Below, in pieces: positions 38,001-51,430 of a DNA stretch of 64,000 nt (the first letter of the stretch is position 1; each line of letters starts with the position of its first letter). Below the pieces are notes generated by a model. That model saw nothing but the letters and a program-made list of their open reading frames with translations, searched no databases and was not told the DNA's origin. Where the stretch lies: contig NC_057718.1 of NCBI RefSeq assembly GCF_004010195.1, positions 42,630,902-42,694,901 on the forward strand. Direction: 5' to 3'. The position numbers and the translations under genes were made by a program. The DNA is from Chiloscyllium plagiosum. Taxonomy: Eukaryota.

Positions 38001-39586
38001 AATTGCTTTGATTTGAAGGAACAAATAACTTTTTTTTAACTTTTTTTATTAATGAATAATTTTCAATTATGGCATTTGCCTTTTTTTTGCAAAGAGTACA
38101 CTGTTCAATTATCCAGCTTGCTTTATTGAGACGGAATGCAATACTTCAAAGGGAAGTTATGGTTTCATTTCTAGTTGTCTTGATTTATTCACTGAAGTCT
38201 ACACCTGATTTAATTGTAGTATTGAGATGCTAGTAATTCAATATAACTTTGTAATAAAACCAAGTATGTCAAAGATTACCTTCAATGTACTTACGTTTTG
38301 CAATTGCAATTTGGAAAGGTGGTATGGCAGATCTAAATTCCTGTGGGAACTAAACCTCAGGAGCACTGAAGAAAATAGAAAGTTCAGTTAAAGCTATATT
38401 CCATACAGGGTCTACAGCAGTAGGTTAACTTCTCAGTTGATGTATAGTTGCTTAATGAAATACAGTCTCCAATGTAACAGTTGTAATTTATTAACTTTAT
38501 AAAACTGGTTAACAATGGCATGTCATCAAAAAATCAAATTGAAACAATCTTATAAAAGGTAAAAGCAAAGTTTTAAAATAGAATTATAGGTGTAAAGGGA
38601 ATACCATGCAGTTTTCTCCCCAACTACAAAAGTTGCATTCACATTAGATTATTGAAGTGAAACTCAAACAATATAAATAAATGATACAGCATTTGTATGG
38701 CTTTTTTAAAAATTTCACTAATAGTAAGAAATCAGAATTGGCATGTAATGATTTTTTTTAGAATGATGTCTTTTAATGATGGTATGACAGTGAACATGAT
38801 TAATATTTTGTGAAAGGGCTAGTCAACAGTGTGAACAAGGGGAAGCACTCTCCCTCCACATGTTTTATAATATGCAACTGAAGAAAAGCATTGTGTCTAC
38901 CATGAGGTAATATGATTGTGAAACCTTAATTCAGCATGAAACATGCGTGAACTGCTCACCTTGCCACTATGGTGTAAAAAATGTATTGGTATATTCCACT
39001 AAAATGAGTCAGTGATACATATGAAAATCTCTTTTGCAGATATTTTTAGAGGAAAAAAATCTGTAGTAAGGTCATGAGTTTGTTTGTTTCTTGGCTAGAG
39101 AAAATATTGCTTGCATCTAAAATAGAAATTAGTTTGCAGGTACTGCAGGATATAAACTATCAACATGAAACATTAATTTATAACATAATTTTTCCTCACC
39201 TCTGCCCATCCCCCATCAAGCAAATGTTAGCTGCGCCACTTGGTGTATTAAATTAGATTTTAAACAAAGAATATATTTAACAAATATTATACAATTAAAT
39301 CCTTACATAAGACATTTTTTTTCAGCTCTAAATCACTATTTTGTGAAATATAAGGGTCACATTATTATTAAGCATCATTTTGAGATCAGGTGGTAGTTTT
39401 TATGAACTGCGTGAGATTTAATTTAGTTTTGTTTTTAAAACAGTAAGTTTGGAAAATTTAATTTAAAATGGTACAATGCCTTGATTAAGCAGTGACAAGT
39501 TATCATTTCCCAAGCATTTAATAAAATAGAAAATGTTTTTCAGGAATGGAAAATATTTGCCTAGTAATCTGTTATGTTGTGCTTTA

Positions 39587-39790
39587 GGCAAAAGTGAGGA
39601 CTGCAGATGCTTGAGATTAGAGCCAAGATTAGATGGTGCTGGAAATGCACAGCAGGTCAGGCAGCATCCAAGGAGCAGGAAAATCAATGTTTCGTGTAGG
39701 AGCCCTTCCCGAGGCCCCTTCAGCCCTCATTCCTGATAAAGGGCTCATGCCCGAAACGTTGTTTTTCCTGCTCCTCGGATGCTGCCTGAC
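39587..39790. mobile_element. Palindromic mini-PLE insertion with hammerhead-like core; 18-bp TSD
   Basis: Inverted arms ~39655-39710 and ~39735-39793. Core ctgataaagggctcatgcccgaaacgtt at 39733-39760. TSD ctgttatgttgt(g/t)cttta at 39569-39586 and 39791-39808. Confidence 0.85.
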
Positions 39791-40277
39791 CTGTTATGTT
39801 GTTCTTTACACTGGGCCTTACTTTGTTCCTTTAATTGTGTGGCACCAGAAAATTTAGATTTTCTGATACATACCAAAATAAGATAATTAGATTTAACAGT
39901 TTTGACTGAAATAAACACTTCAAACCTAAAAGACAAATAGCTTTCTAGCCATTGGAATTTTTGTCTTGCCAGCCATTTCTTCAAATATGAATATGATGAA
40001 TTTAAATGTTGTATTTTCTTTCCAACATGCAAAGAATTAAGAAATTTGTTCTTTACAAAAAGATAAAACAGGCAGCAGTTTTTAAAAAAAGACTCAACTC
40101 TTTCAACTCTGCTAGCATATTATATTTTGGTTGACTGCTGGCCTTTTCATTACTAGGAAAAGTAATCACTTCCATTGGTGGGATATAGACTATCTACAGA
40201 AAATCGCTGTATGTTTTTGCTTTCACAACCCTACTTGTATCACATACTTTTCTTAGCTTTTTTTTTTCCTTTTTCAG

Positions 40278-40345
40278 ATTGACACTCATGGGCCCGGTAG
40301 TAATGAGAGATTTGTCCATGTTTCCCTGGATCCCCATAACCAAGA
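40278..40345 (+). other. Candidate 68-nt internal exon of an unidentified host gene
   Basis: Long polypyrimidine tract ending ttttcag| and donor |gtgagt. Two frames are open (IDTHGPGSNERFVHVSLDPHNQ or LTLMGPVVMRDLSMFPWIPITK). Confidence 0.45.
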
Positions 40346-40404
40346 GTGAGTATCACTTAGATCAATAATTCTTCATTGTTACCAATGCTCTGATGTATTT
40401 ATTA

Positions 40405-42997
40405 GGCTGGTAGGTGTAGGGAATGCTGGATGACTAGAGAAATTGAGGTTTTGGTTAAGAAAAAGAAGGAAGCATATAGACAGGAGAGATCGCATGAATC
40501 CTTAGAAGAGTATAAAGGCAGTAGAAGTATACTTAAGAGGGAAATCAGGAGGACAAGAAGGGAATATGAGTTGGCTCTGGCAAATAGTGTTAAGGAGAAT
40601 CCAAAGGGATTTTATAAATACATTTGGGACAGAAGGGTAGCTCAGGAGAGAATAGGGCCCCTCAAAGATCAGCAAGGCAGCCTATGTGTGGAACCGCCAG
40701 AGGAGATTCTAAATGACTATTTTGCATCAGTGTTTACAGTGGAGAAGGACATGGAAGATATAGAATGTGGGGAAATAGATGGTGACATCTTGAAAAATGT
40801 CCATATTACAAAGGAGGAGGTGCTTGATGTCTTGAAATGTATAAAAGTAGATAAATCCTCAGGATCTGATCAAGTGTACCTTAAAACTCTGTGGTAAGCC
40901 ACGGAAGTGATTGCTGGGCCCCTTACTGAGATATTTGTATCATTGATAATCACAGGTGAAGTGCCAAAAGACTGGAGGTTGGTGACGTGGTGCCACTATT
41001 TAAGAAAGGTGGTAAGGAAAACCCAGGGAACTATAGACTGATGAGTCTGATATCAGGAGTGAGCAAGTTGTTGTAGGGAATCCTGAGGGGCAGGATTTAC
41101 ATTTATTTGGAAAGGCAAGGACTGGTTAGGAATAGTCAGCATGATTTTGTGCATGGGAAATCATGTCTCATGCACTTGATTGAGTTTTTTGAAGAAATCA
41201 CAAAGAGGACTGATGAGGGCAGAACGGTGGACGTGATCTGTTTGGACTTCAGTAAGGAGGTTGACAAAGTTCCTCATGGGAGACTGATTAGCAATGTTAG
41301 ATCTCATGGAAGACGGGAAGAACTAGCCATTTGGATACAGAACTGGCTTGAAGGTGGAAGACAGAGGATGGTGCTGGAGGGTTGCTTTTCAGACTGGAGG
41401 CCTGTGACCAGTGGTGTGCCACAAGGATTGGTGCTGGGTCCGCTTCTTCTCATCATTTATATAAATGATTTGGGTGTGAAAATAGGAGCTATAGTAAGTA
41501 AGTTTGCAGATGACACCAAAATTGGAGGTGTAGTGGACAGCAAAGAAGGTTACCTCAGATTACACAGAATCTTGATCAGATGGCCCAATGGGCAGAATAG
41601 TGGCAGATAGAGTTTAATTTAGGTAAGTATGAGGTGCTGCATTTTGGAAAAGTGAATCAGAGCAGGATTTGTACACTTACTGGGAAGGTCCTGGGGAGTG
41701 TTGTTGAACAAAGAAACCGTGGAGAGAAAGTTCATAGTTCCTTGTAAGTAGAATCACAGGTAGATAGGCATGCTTTCCTTTATTGGTCAGTGCATTGAGC
41801 ATAGGAGTTGAGAGGTCATGTTGTGGCCGTACAGGACGTTGGTTAGGCCACTTTTGGAATATTGTGTGCAGTTCTGGTCTCCTTTCTATTGGAAGGATGG
41901 TGTGAAACGTGAAAGGGTTCAGAAAAGATTTACAAGGATATTGCCAGGGTTGGAGGATTTGAGCTACAAGGAGAGGCTGAAAGTCTGGGGCTCTTTTCCC
42001 TGGAGTTTCGAAGGCTGAGGGGTTACCTTATAGAGGTTTATAAAATCATGTGGGGCATGGATAGTACAAATTGACAAGGTCTTTTCCATGGAGTGAGGGA
42101 GTCCATAACTAGAGGACATAGATTTACGGTGAGAGGGAAAGAATATAAGAGAGACCTAAGGAGCAACTTTTTCACAGAGATAGTGGTGCGTGTGTGGAAT
42201 GAGCTGCCAGAGGACGTGGTACAATTTTAGTATTTAGAGTCATAGAGATGTACAGCATAGAAATAGACCCTTCGTCCAACTTGTCCATGCCGACCAGATA
42301 TCCCAACCCAATCAAATCCCACCTGCCAACACCTGGCCCATAATCCCTCCAAATCCTTCCTATTCATATACCCCTCCAGGCGTCCTTTAAATGTTGCAAT
42401 TGTACTCACCTCCACTCCCTCTGGCAGCCCATTCCACACACGCACCACCCTCTGCCTGAAAAGATTGCTCCTTAAGTCTCTTTTAAATCCTTCCCCTCTC
42501 ACCCTAAAGCTATGCCCTCTAGTTCTAGACTCCCCCACCTCAGGGAAAAGACCTTACCTATTTACCCTATCCATGCCCCTCATGATTTTATAAACCTCTA
42601 TAAGATCACCCCTCAGCCTCCGACGCTTCAGGGAAAACAGCCCCAGCCTATTCAACCTCTCCCTATAGCTCAAATCCTCCAACCCTGGCATCATCCTTGT
42701 AAATCTTTTCTGAACACTTTCAATTTTCACAACAATCTTCCGATAGGAAGGAGACCAGAATTGCGTGCAATGTTCCAAAAGTGGCCTAGCCAATGTCCTG
42801 TACAGCTATAACGTGACCTCCCAACTCCTGTATTTAAAAGGTATCTGGATGGGTATATGAATAGAAAGGGTTTAGAGGATATGGGCCAAGTGCTGGCTAA
42901 TGGGACTAGGCTAGGTTAGGATATTTGGTCAGCATGGACGAGTTGGACCGAAGGATCTGATCCCGTGCTGTACATCTCTCTGACTCTGTGACTCTAT
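40405..42997 (+). mobile_element. CR1 (HER1-like) LINE, 5'-truncated, interrupted at 42237-42829
   Basis: ORFs 40430-40897, 41107-41610 (KFADDTK) and 41818-42018 (LEYCVQFWSP). (tgactc)n-type tail at ~42980. Confidence 0.93.
42237..42829 (-). mobile_element. CR1 3' fragment nested antisense in a same-family CR1; 7-bp TSD
   Basis: ORFs 42227-42538 and 42554-42793. gtattta occurs at 42230-42236 and 42830-42836. Confidence 0.88.
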
Positions 42998-44931
42998 CCT
43001 TCTATCCTTCCTGCTTTGAGGCCAAAATGTCAGAGAACCATGGATAAGTGTGTGACTGTTTTGCTTAAGCCAAAGGGTACCTCTCTGAAAAAGAAACAAC
43101 TGCCTAGATATAGTTGTTTGGCTTCAAATTACAAACATCTGACTTTATTGAACATGTTAATGGTGAATCAATCAACAAAGAAGGCAGGTTTCTTTATAAA
43201 AGTATATGAACAGCTCAAACCATATACAGTGTAATCAGTGCTGGCTCCCTTAAATAGTGAATTAATTGGTTACATTCACTAATGCCAAGACTCCAATGGA
43301 GAAGCGAAGAGAATGCATGTTGACTCACACATATGTAGCTCAAATCCTCATGATCATGGGATTGATAATTTTACCCTGCCATTTTAATTGAATCTGGCAG
43401 ATTAAGGCATGTAATACCCATATTAACATGAGGCAACTGGGTATGACCATTTAATGTTGCATTTTGTGATATGGAGTAGAATTTCTACTCAAGTTCCCCA
43501 ATCTTCCATCCGAAGATAATGCTAAGAAAAACCTCATCTTTGGATTTTCCACCGTTCCACTTTGAAGTTTTAGAAATCAATAGGAAGAATCCCTGAAATA
43601 TTTATGATGATTTTTAAGTTGTTACTAATTTTATTTTGAGCATTCATTTTCCTGGCAACTAAAAAACAATAATAGCTCTTTCGGTGTTCCATGAAGCGAC
43701 TTTTCAAGCATTTTTGAACAACCACCTTGGCAGTGGAAATTTTCAAGCTGAATGCTTGTTTGCACTCCAAATTAAAGTCATAAAAGAGTTAGTGAGAACT
43801 CTTAAATATCCCATAAAATGTACCATTAAATAACCAAAAACAACAATATAGCCTGGGGTTGCACTATTGTCGTGGTTATTTAATGGCCAAAATGCACGTA
43901 CTGGACTGCCATGTGATAGCACTTGTTCATAAAGATGGTGTTATTAAAATCTATCCCTTTACTCCGTAAACCTTTTCTTTTGCCCTGCAGCCTGGAAGGA
44001 CCGCAGTCAGGTACAAAGTACTGTGACCAAGAACTATTTGTGTCATGCCCCTGCATATGCAAGACTGTAGTTCTTTTTGTTTTACACCAAATGTTAGGAT
44101 ATTAATTGAGCAGTCCAATACACCTTGGCTTCTCATCAACTATAAAAGCAATTTATAATCAGCTTTCAGTCAATCTAACAAAACAGAACAGCTTTTGTAA
44201 TGGAATTTCAAAACTTTGCTTAGCTTGCTTACAGACTTTTTTTTCTCTTTAAAAACATATTTGTACATACGATAGTGAAATAGCTTAAAATCCATTTCCC
44301 TTACTTTGATTGGATCTTAAAATGGTTTGCCTGGGATGTTTATAAAGTTGGACTCTTAAAAGCTAGAAAATAGATTGGTAAAAAGCAATATATTTTGTTT
44401 TCTACCTACAGCATGGTATTAATATAATGTGCTAATGTTTAAATGGTTTGTAAAGTAAACATGAGAAAGTAATTTTATAAAAATAAATTCTGATCAAGTT
44501 TTAATTAATGCGTATTAGCTCAATTGGAATAGTGTGTGCTGCTTTTAAATCCAATCTTGTGGGTATAATTCTTGTACTGTCAGAGGTGTTTGGGAGCCTC
44601 CTTGTCTATTTGCCCCACTGTAGTTGAGCTATCTTGACAACTCAAGCTTGGCATTTAAAAATGCAAGTATCCTATTTTTAGTTAATTAAAGACTGGCAAA
44701 CAGCAGTTTGACTACTTAAGAAAAATTGTGATTCATAGGAGCCTGTTGACCACTTGCCTCAAGTTTTAGTATTTTATATTGTTCCTCTTCTAACCAATGA
44801 AAAGTCTTTGCAATGTTGATATGCCACTCCTTCTGTTGTGAAATAAAATTGTTCTGTTTGACAATGTACTGTTTAGTCTTAGAAGCTGCTGTTGACAGCT
44901 GTATTAAGACCATATTACAGGAGCAGATGTG

Positions 44932-45151
44932 CAGTCAGTTCTGCTATAATACGGTAGTTCTGTTCTTGTGCAATCCCATGTTATAAGAAAATCGTGTAAT
45001 AGCAGCATCATTTAAACTAAAGGGGCCGGAATCACATTTTAATCAATATTTGCTCTAAAACTTCACGCTTTAGAAACAGTGTCCCCAATTTGTCAATTGT
45101 GTAAGAGCGAATTTGTGTTAATGAAGCGCATGTTATTAGCAGAACAACCTG
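44932..45151. mobile_element. Tc1/mariner-pogo (Tigger-like) MITE
   Basis: Imperfect TIRs cagtcagttctgctataa / ttattagcagaacaacctg, flanked by tg and ta at the TA of the CR1 tail motif aagTAggcc. Confidence 0.65.
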
Positions 45152-46476
45152 TAGGCCATTCAATCCATCGAGTTTGCTCCAGCATTCAGTGAGATCATGG
45201 TTGATCTGATAATTCTAAACTCCATTTTCCTGCCTTTTCCTCTAACTCTTAATTCCCATACTGACTAAAAATCTGACTATCTTAGCCTGAAATATACTTA
45301 ATGACCATGCCTTGACAGCCCTCTGCGAGAAAGAACTCCACAAATTTATTACTCTCTACAAAAGAAATTACTCTACCTTAAGTCAGCGACCTCTTATTCT
45401 AAGATTATGCTGTCTGGTCCTGGATTCTGTCAAAAGGGGAAACAACCTTTCCGCAGCTATCCTGTCAAGTCCCACAGAACCTCATATGTTTGAAGAGGGT
45501 CATTGCTTATTCTCCTACTTTTAAATGAGTAAAAGCCCAATTTACTCAGCCTCTCTTCATAAAACAGTGCCTCTAAACCTGAAATCAGCTTTCTGAACCT
45601 TCTCTGGACTTCTCCAATGCCAAAAAATCTTTACTTAGATAAGGGGCCCAAACCCATTCGCAGTATTCCATCTGTGGCCTGATTAGTGACTTGTATAGTT
45701 TTAGCAAACCTCCCTAATTTTCTACTCCATTCCATTTGAAATGAAGGCCAACATTCCATTTGCCTCTCTATACCTGCTGAACCTAGCTGCTAGCTTATTA
45801 TGATTCATGCACAAGGACTCCCAAATCCCTCTGTTCTGGAGCTTTCTGCAGTCTTTTTTTCCATTTAAGTAATATTCAGCTCATACATTCTTCTTGCTAA
45901 AGTGCAAAACCTCATATTTTACCACATCATATTCCATCTGCTAGATTTTTGCCCACTTGCTTAACCAGACTGTTTCCATTTGCTGTCCCACCTATTTTTG
46001 TGTCCTCTGCACACTTGGTTATAACATTCACTTTCCTCATCCAAGTCATTAATATATATTGTAAATCATGGTGATTCCAGCCCTGACCCCTGAGGTACAC
46101 TATTAGTTATAGGTTGCCATTCTAAGAAAGCATTCCTATACCAACTGCCCATCTTCTATTACTTTGCCAATCCTCTATCTATACTAGTGTCCTATTTCCA
46201 ACACAATGGGCTCCTTTTTTCATTAAGTAGCCTAATGTATGGTGTCTTATGAAAATCCACCTGAATATCTAAATATATTACATCCACCACTATCCTGCTT
46301 GTTACCTCAAAGAATTGCTGTAAATTTGTCAGGCAAGATTTCCCCTTCATAAAGCCATGCTGATTTGACTTCTTCATTTTCTGTATTTATAATTGCTTTC
46401 CTATTACATCCTTTATAATAAACTCTAGCATTTTTGCAATGACAAACGTTAAGCCACCGGCCTAGAGTTATTACTG

Positions 46477-46702
46477 TAAACAAAAAACTGAAAGAACTGC
46501 GAATGTTGGAAATCTGAAACAAAAATCTGAAATTGCTGAAAAATCTCAACAGGTTTGGCAGCGTCTTGGAGACAAATCAGAATTCACATTTTGGGTCCAG
46601 AACTCTGAAGAACGGTCACTGGACCTGAAATGTTACTTCTGATTTCTTTCTACAGATGCTGCCAGGCCTGCTGAGATCATTCAGATGTTTCTGTTTTTGT
46701 TT
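46477..46702. mobile_element. Palindromic mini-PLE insertion (older family) with hammerhead-like core
   Basis: Inverted arms. Core ctgaagaacggtcactggacctgaaatgtta at 46605-46635. Probable ~10-bp TSD cta(g/c)agttat. Confidence 0.72.
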
Positions 46703-47096
46703 GCTACAGTTATCTGCTTTTGGCCTCCTCTTTTTAAGTAAAAGTGTTACAATCCTCTGAAAAGGATTTGTGAAAAATGACTACCAGTGCATCCAGTATC
46801 TCTGAAGCTCCTTTGTTTAATATCCTGGGTTGTATCCCATCAGGCCCAGTGGACTTATCAGTCTTTAGCCCCATTAGTTTTCCTGAGTACATTTTCTGTA
46901 GTGCCAATTATTGTATGTATTTCCTGTCCTCCATTTGCCCCTTGATTATTTAGTAACTTTGGGATGCTATTACTATCTTCTACCATGAAGACTGCTGCAA
47001 AAGTATTTATTTAACTCCTCTGTAATTTTCTGGTTCCCCATTATTATTTTCTGAGTCTCATTCTCTCAGAAGTCTATGTTCACTTTTGCTTTTTTT

Positions 47097-47124
47097 ATAT
47101 ATGTATATATATATATATATATAT
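47097..47124. repeat. (TA)n microsatellite
   Basis: atatatgtatatatatatatatatatat. Confidence 0.8.
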
Positions 47125-47769
47125 TTAAAGAAGGTGCCCAGCTTGAAATTACTTGTTAGAGTACCCGTGAAGCATACATTCTCTTTTCTTGATGATTTTT
47201 TAACCTTTTGTTGGTTCCCAATTCTCTGGCATATCACTAATCTTTGTCACTTTGTATGTTTTTTCTTTCAATTTAATGCTATCCTTAACTTCCTTCGTAA
47301 CTATGTGTGTCTTATGCCCTTCCTAGAATCTTTTTTCCTCGCTGAAATATATCTTTGCTGTGAGCTGCGAATTAGTTTTTGAAATGTCTGTCACTGTCCC
47401 TCAGCCATCTTTGCTGCTAAAATCCTTTCCAAGTTCACTCCAGTTAACTCTGATTCATTGCTTTGTAATTGATCTAGTTTAAGTTTCGCACAGTTGTTTC
47501 CAACTCCATTTCCTCCCTCTCAAACTGAAAGCTAAATTCTATCATCTTATGGTCACAGTTTCTAAGGGTATCTTTTACTCTCTCATCATCTGCCTCATTA
47601 CACATAACCAGATCCAAAATAGCCTAATCACTGATTCGATCCACAAAATATATTGTTATTTGAAACTATCCCAAATAGACACTGAATTTCTTCCTTATGG
47701 CTTTCTTTGCCAATCTGTCTATCCCAAATGGAGGTTAACATCAACTATGATTAATATAATATCTTTGGT

Positions 47770-50700
47770 ACATAGAACATTACAGCGCAGTACAGGCTTC
47801 GGCCTCAATGTTGTGCCAACCTGTGAAACCAATCTGAAGCCTATTTAACATACACAATTTCATTTTCGTCCATATGACTATCCAATGGCTATTTAAATGC
47901 CCTTAAAGTTAATGAGTCTACTACTGTTGCAGGCAGTGCATTCCAAGCCCCTACTACTCTCTGAGTAAAGAAACTATCTCTGACATATGTCCTATATCTA
48001 TTACCCCTCAATTTAAAGCTATGCCCCCTCATGCTAGCGATCGCCATCTGAGGAAAAAGGCTCTCACTATCCATCCTATCTAACCCTCTGATTATCTTGT
48101 ATGTCTCAATTAAGTCACCTCTTAATCTTCTCTCCAAGGAAAACAGCCTCAAGTCCCTTAGCCATTCCCTGTAAGACCTTCCCTCCATACCAGACAACAT
48201 CTTAGTAAATCTCCTCTGAACCCTTTCCAATGCTTCCTCATCCTTCCTATAATGAGGTGACCAAAACTGTACACAATACTCCAAGTGCGGCTGCACCAGA
48301 GTTCTGTACATCTGCAGCATGATCTCATGGTTTTGAAACTCAATCCCTCTGATAATAAAAGCTAACACCCCATATGCCTTCTTAACAACCCTATCAACCT
48401 GGGTAGCAACTTTGAGGGGTCTGTGTACCTGGACACCGAGATATCTCTGCTCATCTACACTACTAAGAATTTTACCATTAGCCCAGTACTCTTTATTCCT
48501 GTGTTTCTTCCAAAGTAAATCACCTCGCACTTTTCTGCAGTAAACTTCATTTGCCACCTCTCAGCCCAGCTCTGCAACTTATCTATGTAACCCTGTAACC
48601 TATAACATCCTTCTGCACTATCGACAACTTTACCAACCCTGGTGTCATCCACAAATTTACTAACCCATCCTTCTACGCCCTCATCCAGGTTATTTATAAA
48701 AATGACAAGCAGCAGTGGACCTAAAACAGATCCTTGCAGTACACCACCGTAACTGAACTCCAGAATGAACTTTTCCCATCAACCACCACCCTCTATCTTC
48801 ATTCAGCTAGCCAATTTCTGATCCAAACCGCTAAATCACCCTCAATCCCATGCCACCATATTTTATGCAATCACCTACTGTGGGACTTTTATCAAACGCC
48901 TCACTGAAATCCATAAATATCACATCAACCGCTTTACCCTCATCCACCTGTTTGGTCACCATCTCAAAGAACACAGTAAGGTTTGAGAGGCACAACCTAC
49001 CCTTCTCAAAACCGTGTTGACTATCCCTAATAAATTATTCATTTCTAGATGATTGTAAATCCTATCTCTTATAACCTTTTCCAACACTTTACCCACAACT
49101 GAAGTAAGGCTCACTGGTCTGTAATTACCAGGATTGTTTCTACTCCCCCTCTTGAACAAGAGAATAACATTTGCTATCCTCCAGTCTTCTGGCACTATTC
49201 CTGTAGACAATGACGGCATAAAGATCAAAGCCAAAGGCTTGACAATCTTCTCTCTGGCTTTCCAGAGAATCCTAGAATAAATCTCATCCGGCCCAAGGTA
49301 GTTATCTGTTTTTACACTTTGGGGAAATACTGACACTTCCTCCTTGTGAACCTCAATCCTATCCAGTCTACTAGCTTGTATCTCAGTATTCTCCTCAACA
49401 ACATTGTCTTTTTCCAGTGTGAATACAGATGAAAGATATTCATTTAGTGCTTCCTCTATCTCCTCTGATTCCACGCACAACTTCCCACTACTATCCTTGA
49501 TTGGCCCTAATTTTATTCTAGTCATTCTTTTATTCCTGATACACCTATAGAAAGTTTTAGGGTTTTCCTTGATCCTGTCTGCCAGTGACTTATCATTTAC
49601 TCTCCTGGCTCTTCTTAACTCTTTCTTTAGGCCTTCCCTGGCTAACTTGTAACTCTCAAGTGCCCTAGCTGAGCCTTCACATCTCATTCTAACATAAGCC
49701 TTCTTCCTCCTCTTGACAAGAGATTCAACTTCTTTAGTAAACCACAGCTCCAGCGCTGGACAACGTTCTCCCTGTCTGACAGGTACATACTTATCAAGTA
49801 CCCACAGTAGTTGTTCCTTGAATAAGCTCCACATTTCAATTGTGCCCATCCCCTGCAGTTTCCTTCCCCATCCTATGCATCCTAAATCTTGGCTAATGGC
49901 ATCGTAATTGCCTTTTCCCCAGCTATAACTCTTGCCCTGTGGTATATACCTATTCCTTTCCATCACTAAAGTAAACATAACTGAATTGTGGCCACTATCA
50001 CCAAAGTGCTCACCAACCTCCAAGTCTAACACCTGGCCGGGTTCATTACCCAGTACCAAAATTAATGTGGCCTTACACTTTGTTGGCCTGCCTACATGCT
50101 GATAGGAAATCCTCCTGCACACATCGGACCATCTAAATTGCTTGAACTATAGCATTCCAAGTCAATATTTGGAAAGTTAAAGTTCCCCTGAACAGCTACA
50201 CTGCACCCAGCCCCCCGCCAGCTTTTGCCATTTTCTGTGTTATTACTGAAACATCTAGATCCCGGAATCTGCAACAACCATTCCTTTCCCTGCTCTACCC
50301 ATGTCTCCGAATGGCCACAACATGAAAATTCCAGGTACCACCCTCCCTCCTGCACCATCCCTGTAGCCACGTGTTCAATTCTTCTCCCAATTCCTCACCT
50401 CACTAGCACGTGGCACGGGCAACAAATCAGAGATAACAACTCTCAGTTTGTCCAAGCTCTCAGCTTCCACCCTAGCTCCCTGAACTTCTGCCTTAAATCC
50501 ACATCTCTTTTCTTACCTATGTCATTGGTCCCTATGTGGACCACGACTTGGGGCTGCTCCCCCTCCCCCTTAAGAATCTTGAAAACACAATCCGAGACAT
50601 TGCGAACCCTGGCACATAGGAGGCAACACACCAACCATGAGTGTGTCTCATTCCCACACAACCTCTTATCTGTCCCCTAACTATGGAATCCTCAATGACA

Positions 50701-51430
50701 AATCCTCTACTCCTTTCCCCCCATCCCTTCCGACCAACAGGGACAGACTCTGTGCCGAGACCTGTGTCCCATTGCTTACCCCTGGTAAGTCATCCCCCTC
50801 AATAGTATCCAAAACAATATACTTGTTGTTGAGAGGAACAGCCACAGACAATCCCTGCACTGCCTGCCGATTCCTTTTCCGTTCCCTGATGGTAACCTAT
50901 CTACCTCCTTGTACCTGAGGTGTGACTACCTCCCTGTAATTTCTCTCAATAACGCCCTCTGCCTCCTGAATGATCCAAAGTTCATCCAGGTCCAGCTCCA
51001 ACTCCAATTCTCTAATGCGATTTTCCAGGAGCTGGAGTTGGGTGCACTTCCCGCAGATGCAGTCAGCAGGGATACTAGTGGTGACCCTTACCTTCCACAT
51101 TCTGCCCTAACCTCCATTCTCACAATTCTAAATTCCCAAGACTACTGTAAACTTAAAAAAAAAATTAGTCCACTGACCAATTCAGCGTATAGAACCTTTT
51201 ATTTTGGTTAGAGAAGGAGGAGGATGGGTGGGAGACACTACCCGAGTAGTGTTTCAGGTAAAGTAACCACCCAAATATAAAGCCTCACTTGCCCAGCAGT
51301 TCCATGTCCACTCCTGCTCAGCATGAGCTCCGCCTGTCCACGAGGTAAGTTTATGTACTTTAAACTTACCTTCCTGTCGGGCCTCTGGTCCTCGCTGTCA
51401 CTCCTCCCATTTCAATTGCTGCCGAGAAAA
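47770..51430 (-). mobile_element. Near-full-length CR1 LINE: ORF1 (Zn-finger/leucine zipper plus SGNH esterase) and ORF2 with an internal deletion in the endonuclease
   Basis: CICGKCTQLQLLENRIRELELEL (50897-51100) and VVVHIGTNDIG (50443-50661). ORF2 pieces 50092-50370, 48956-50122, 48455-48652 and 47889-48557. Confidence 0.93.

Larger units (their letters stand above)
44905..47768 (-). mobile_element. Old CR1 LINE hosting a MITE and a mini-PLE; probably continues at ~51440-51730
   Basis: SNQHGFMKGKSCLTNLQQFFE (46192-46377). The CR1 3' tail is split at 44931/45152. Confidence 0.82.

Noticed and set aside
43880..44140. Cluster of short ORFs and a possible 20-nt micro-exon
   Set aside because: Weak donor (gtacaa) and no recognisable product.
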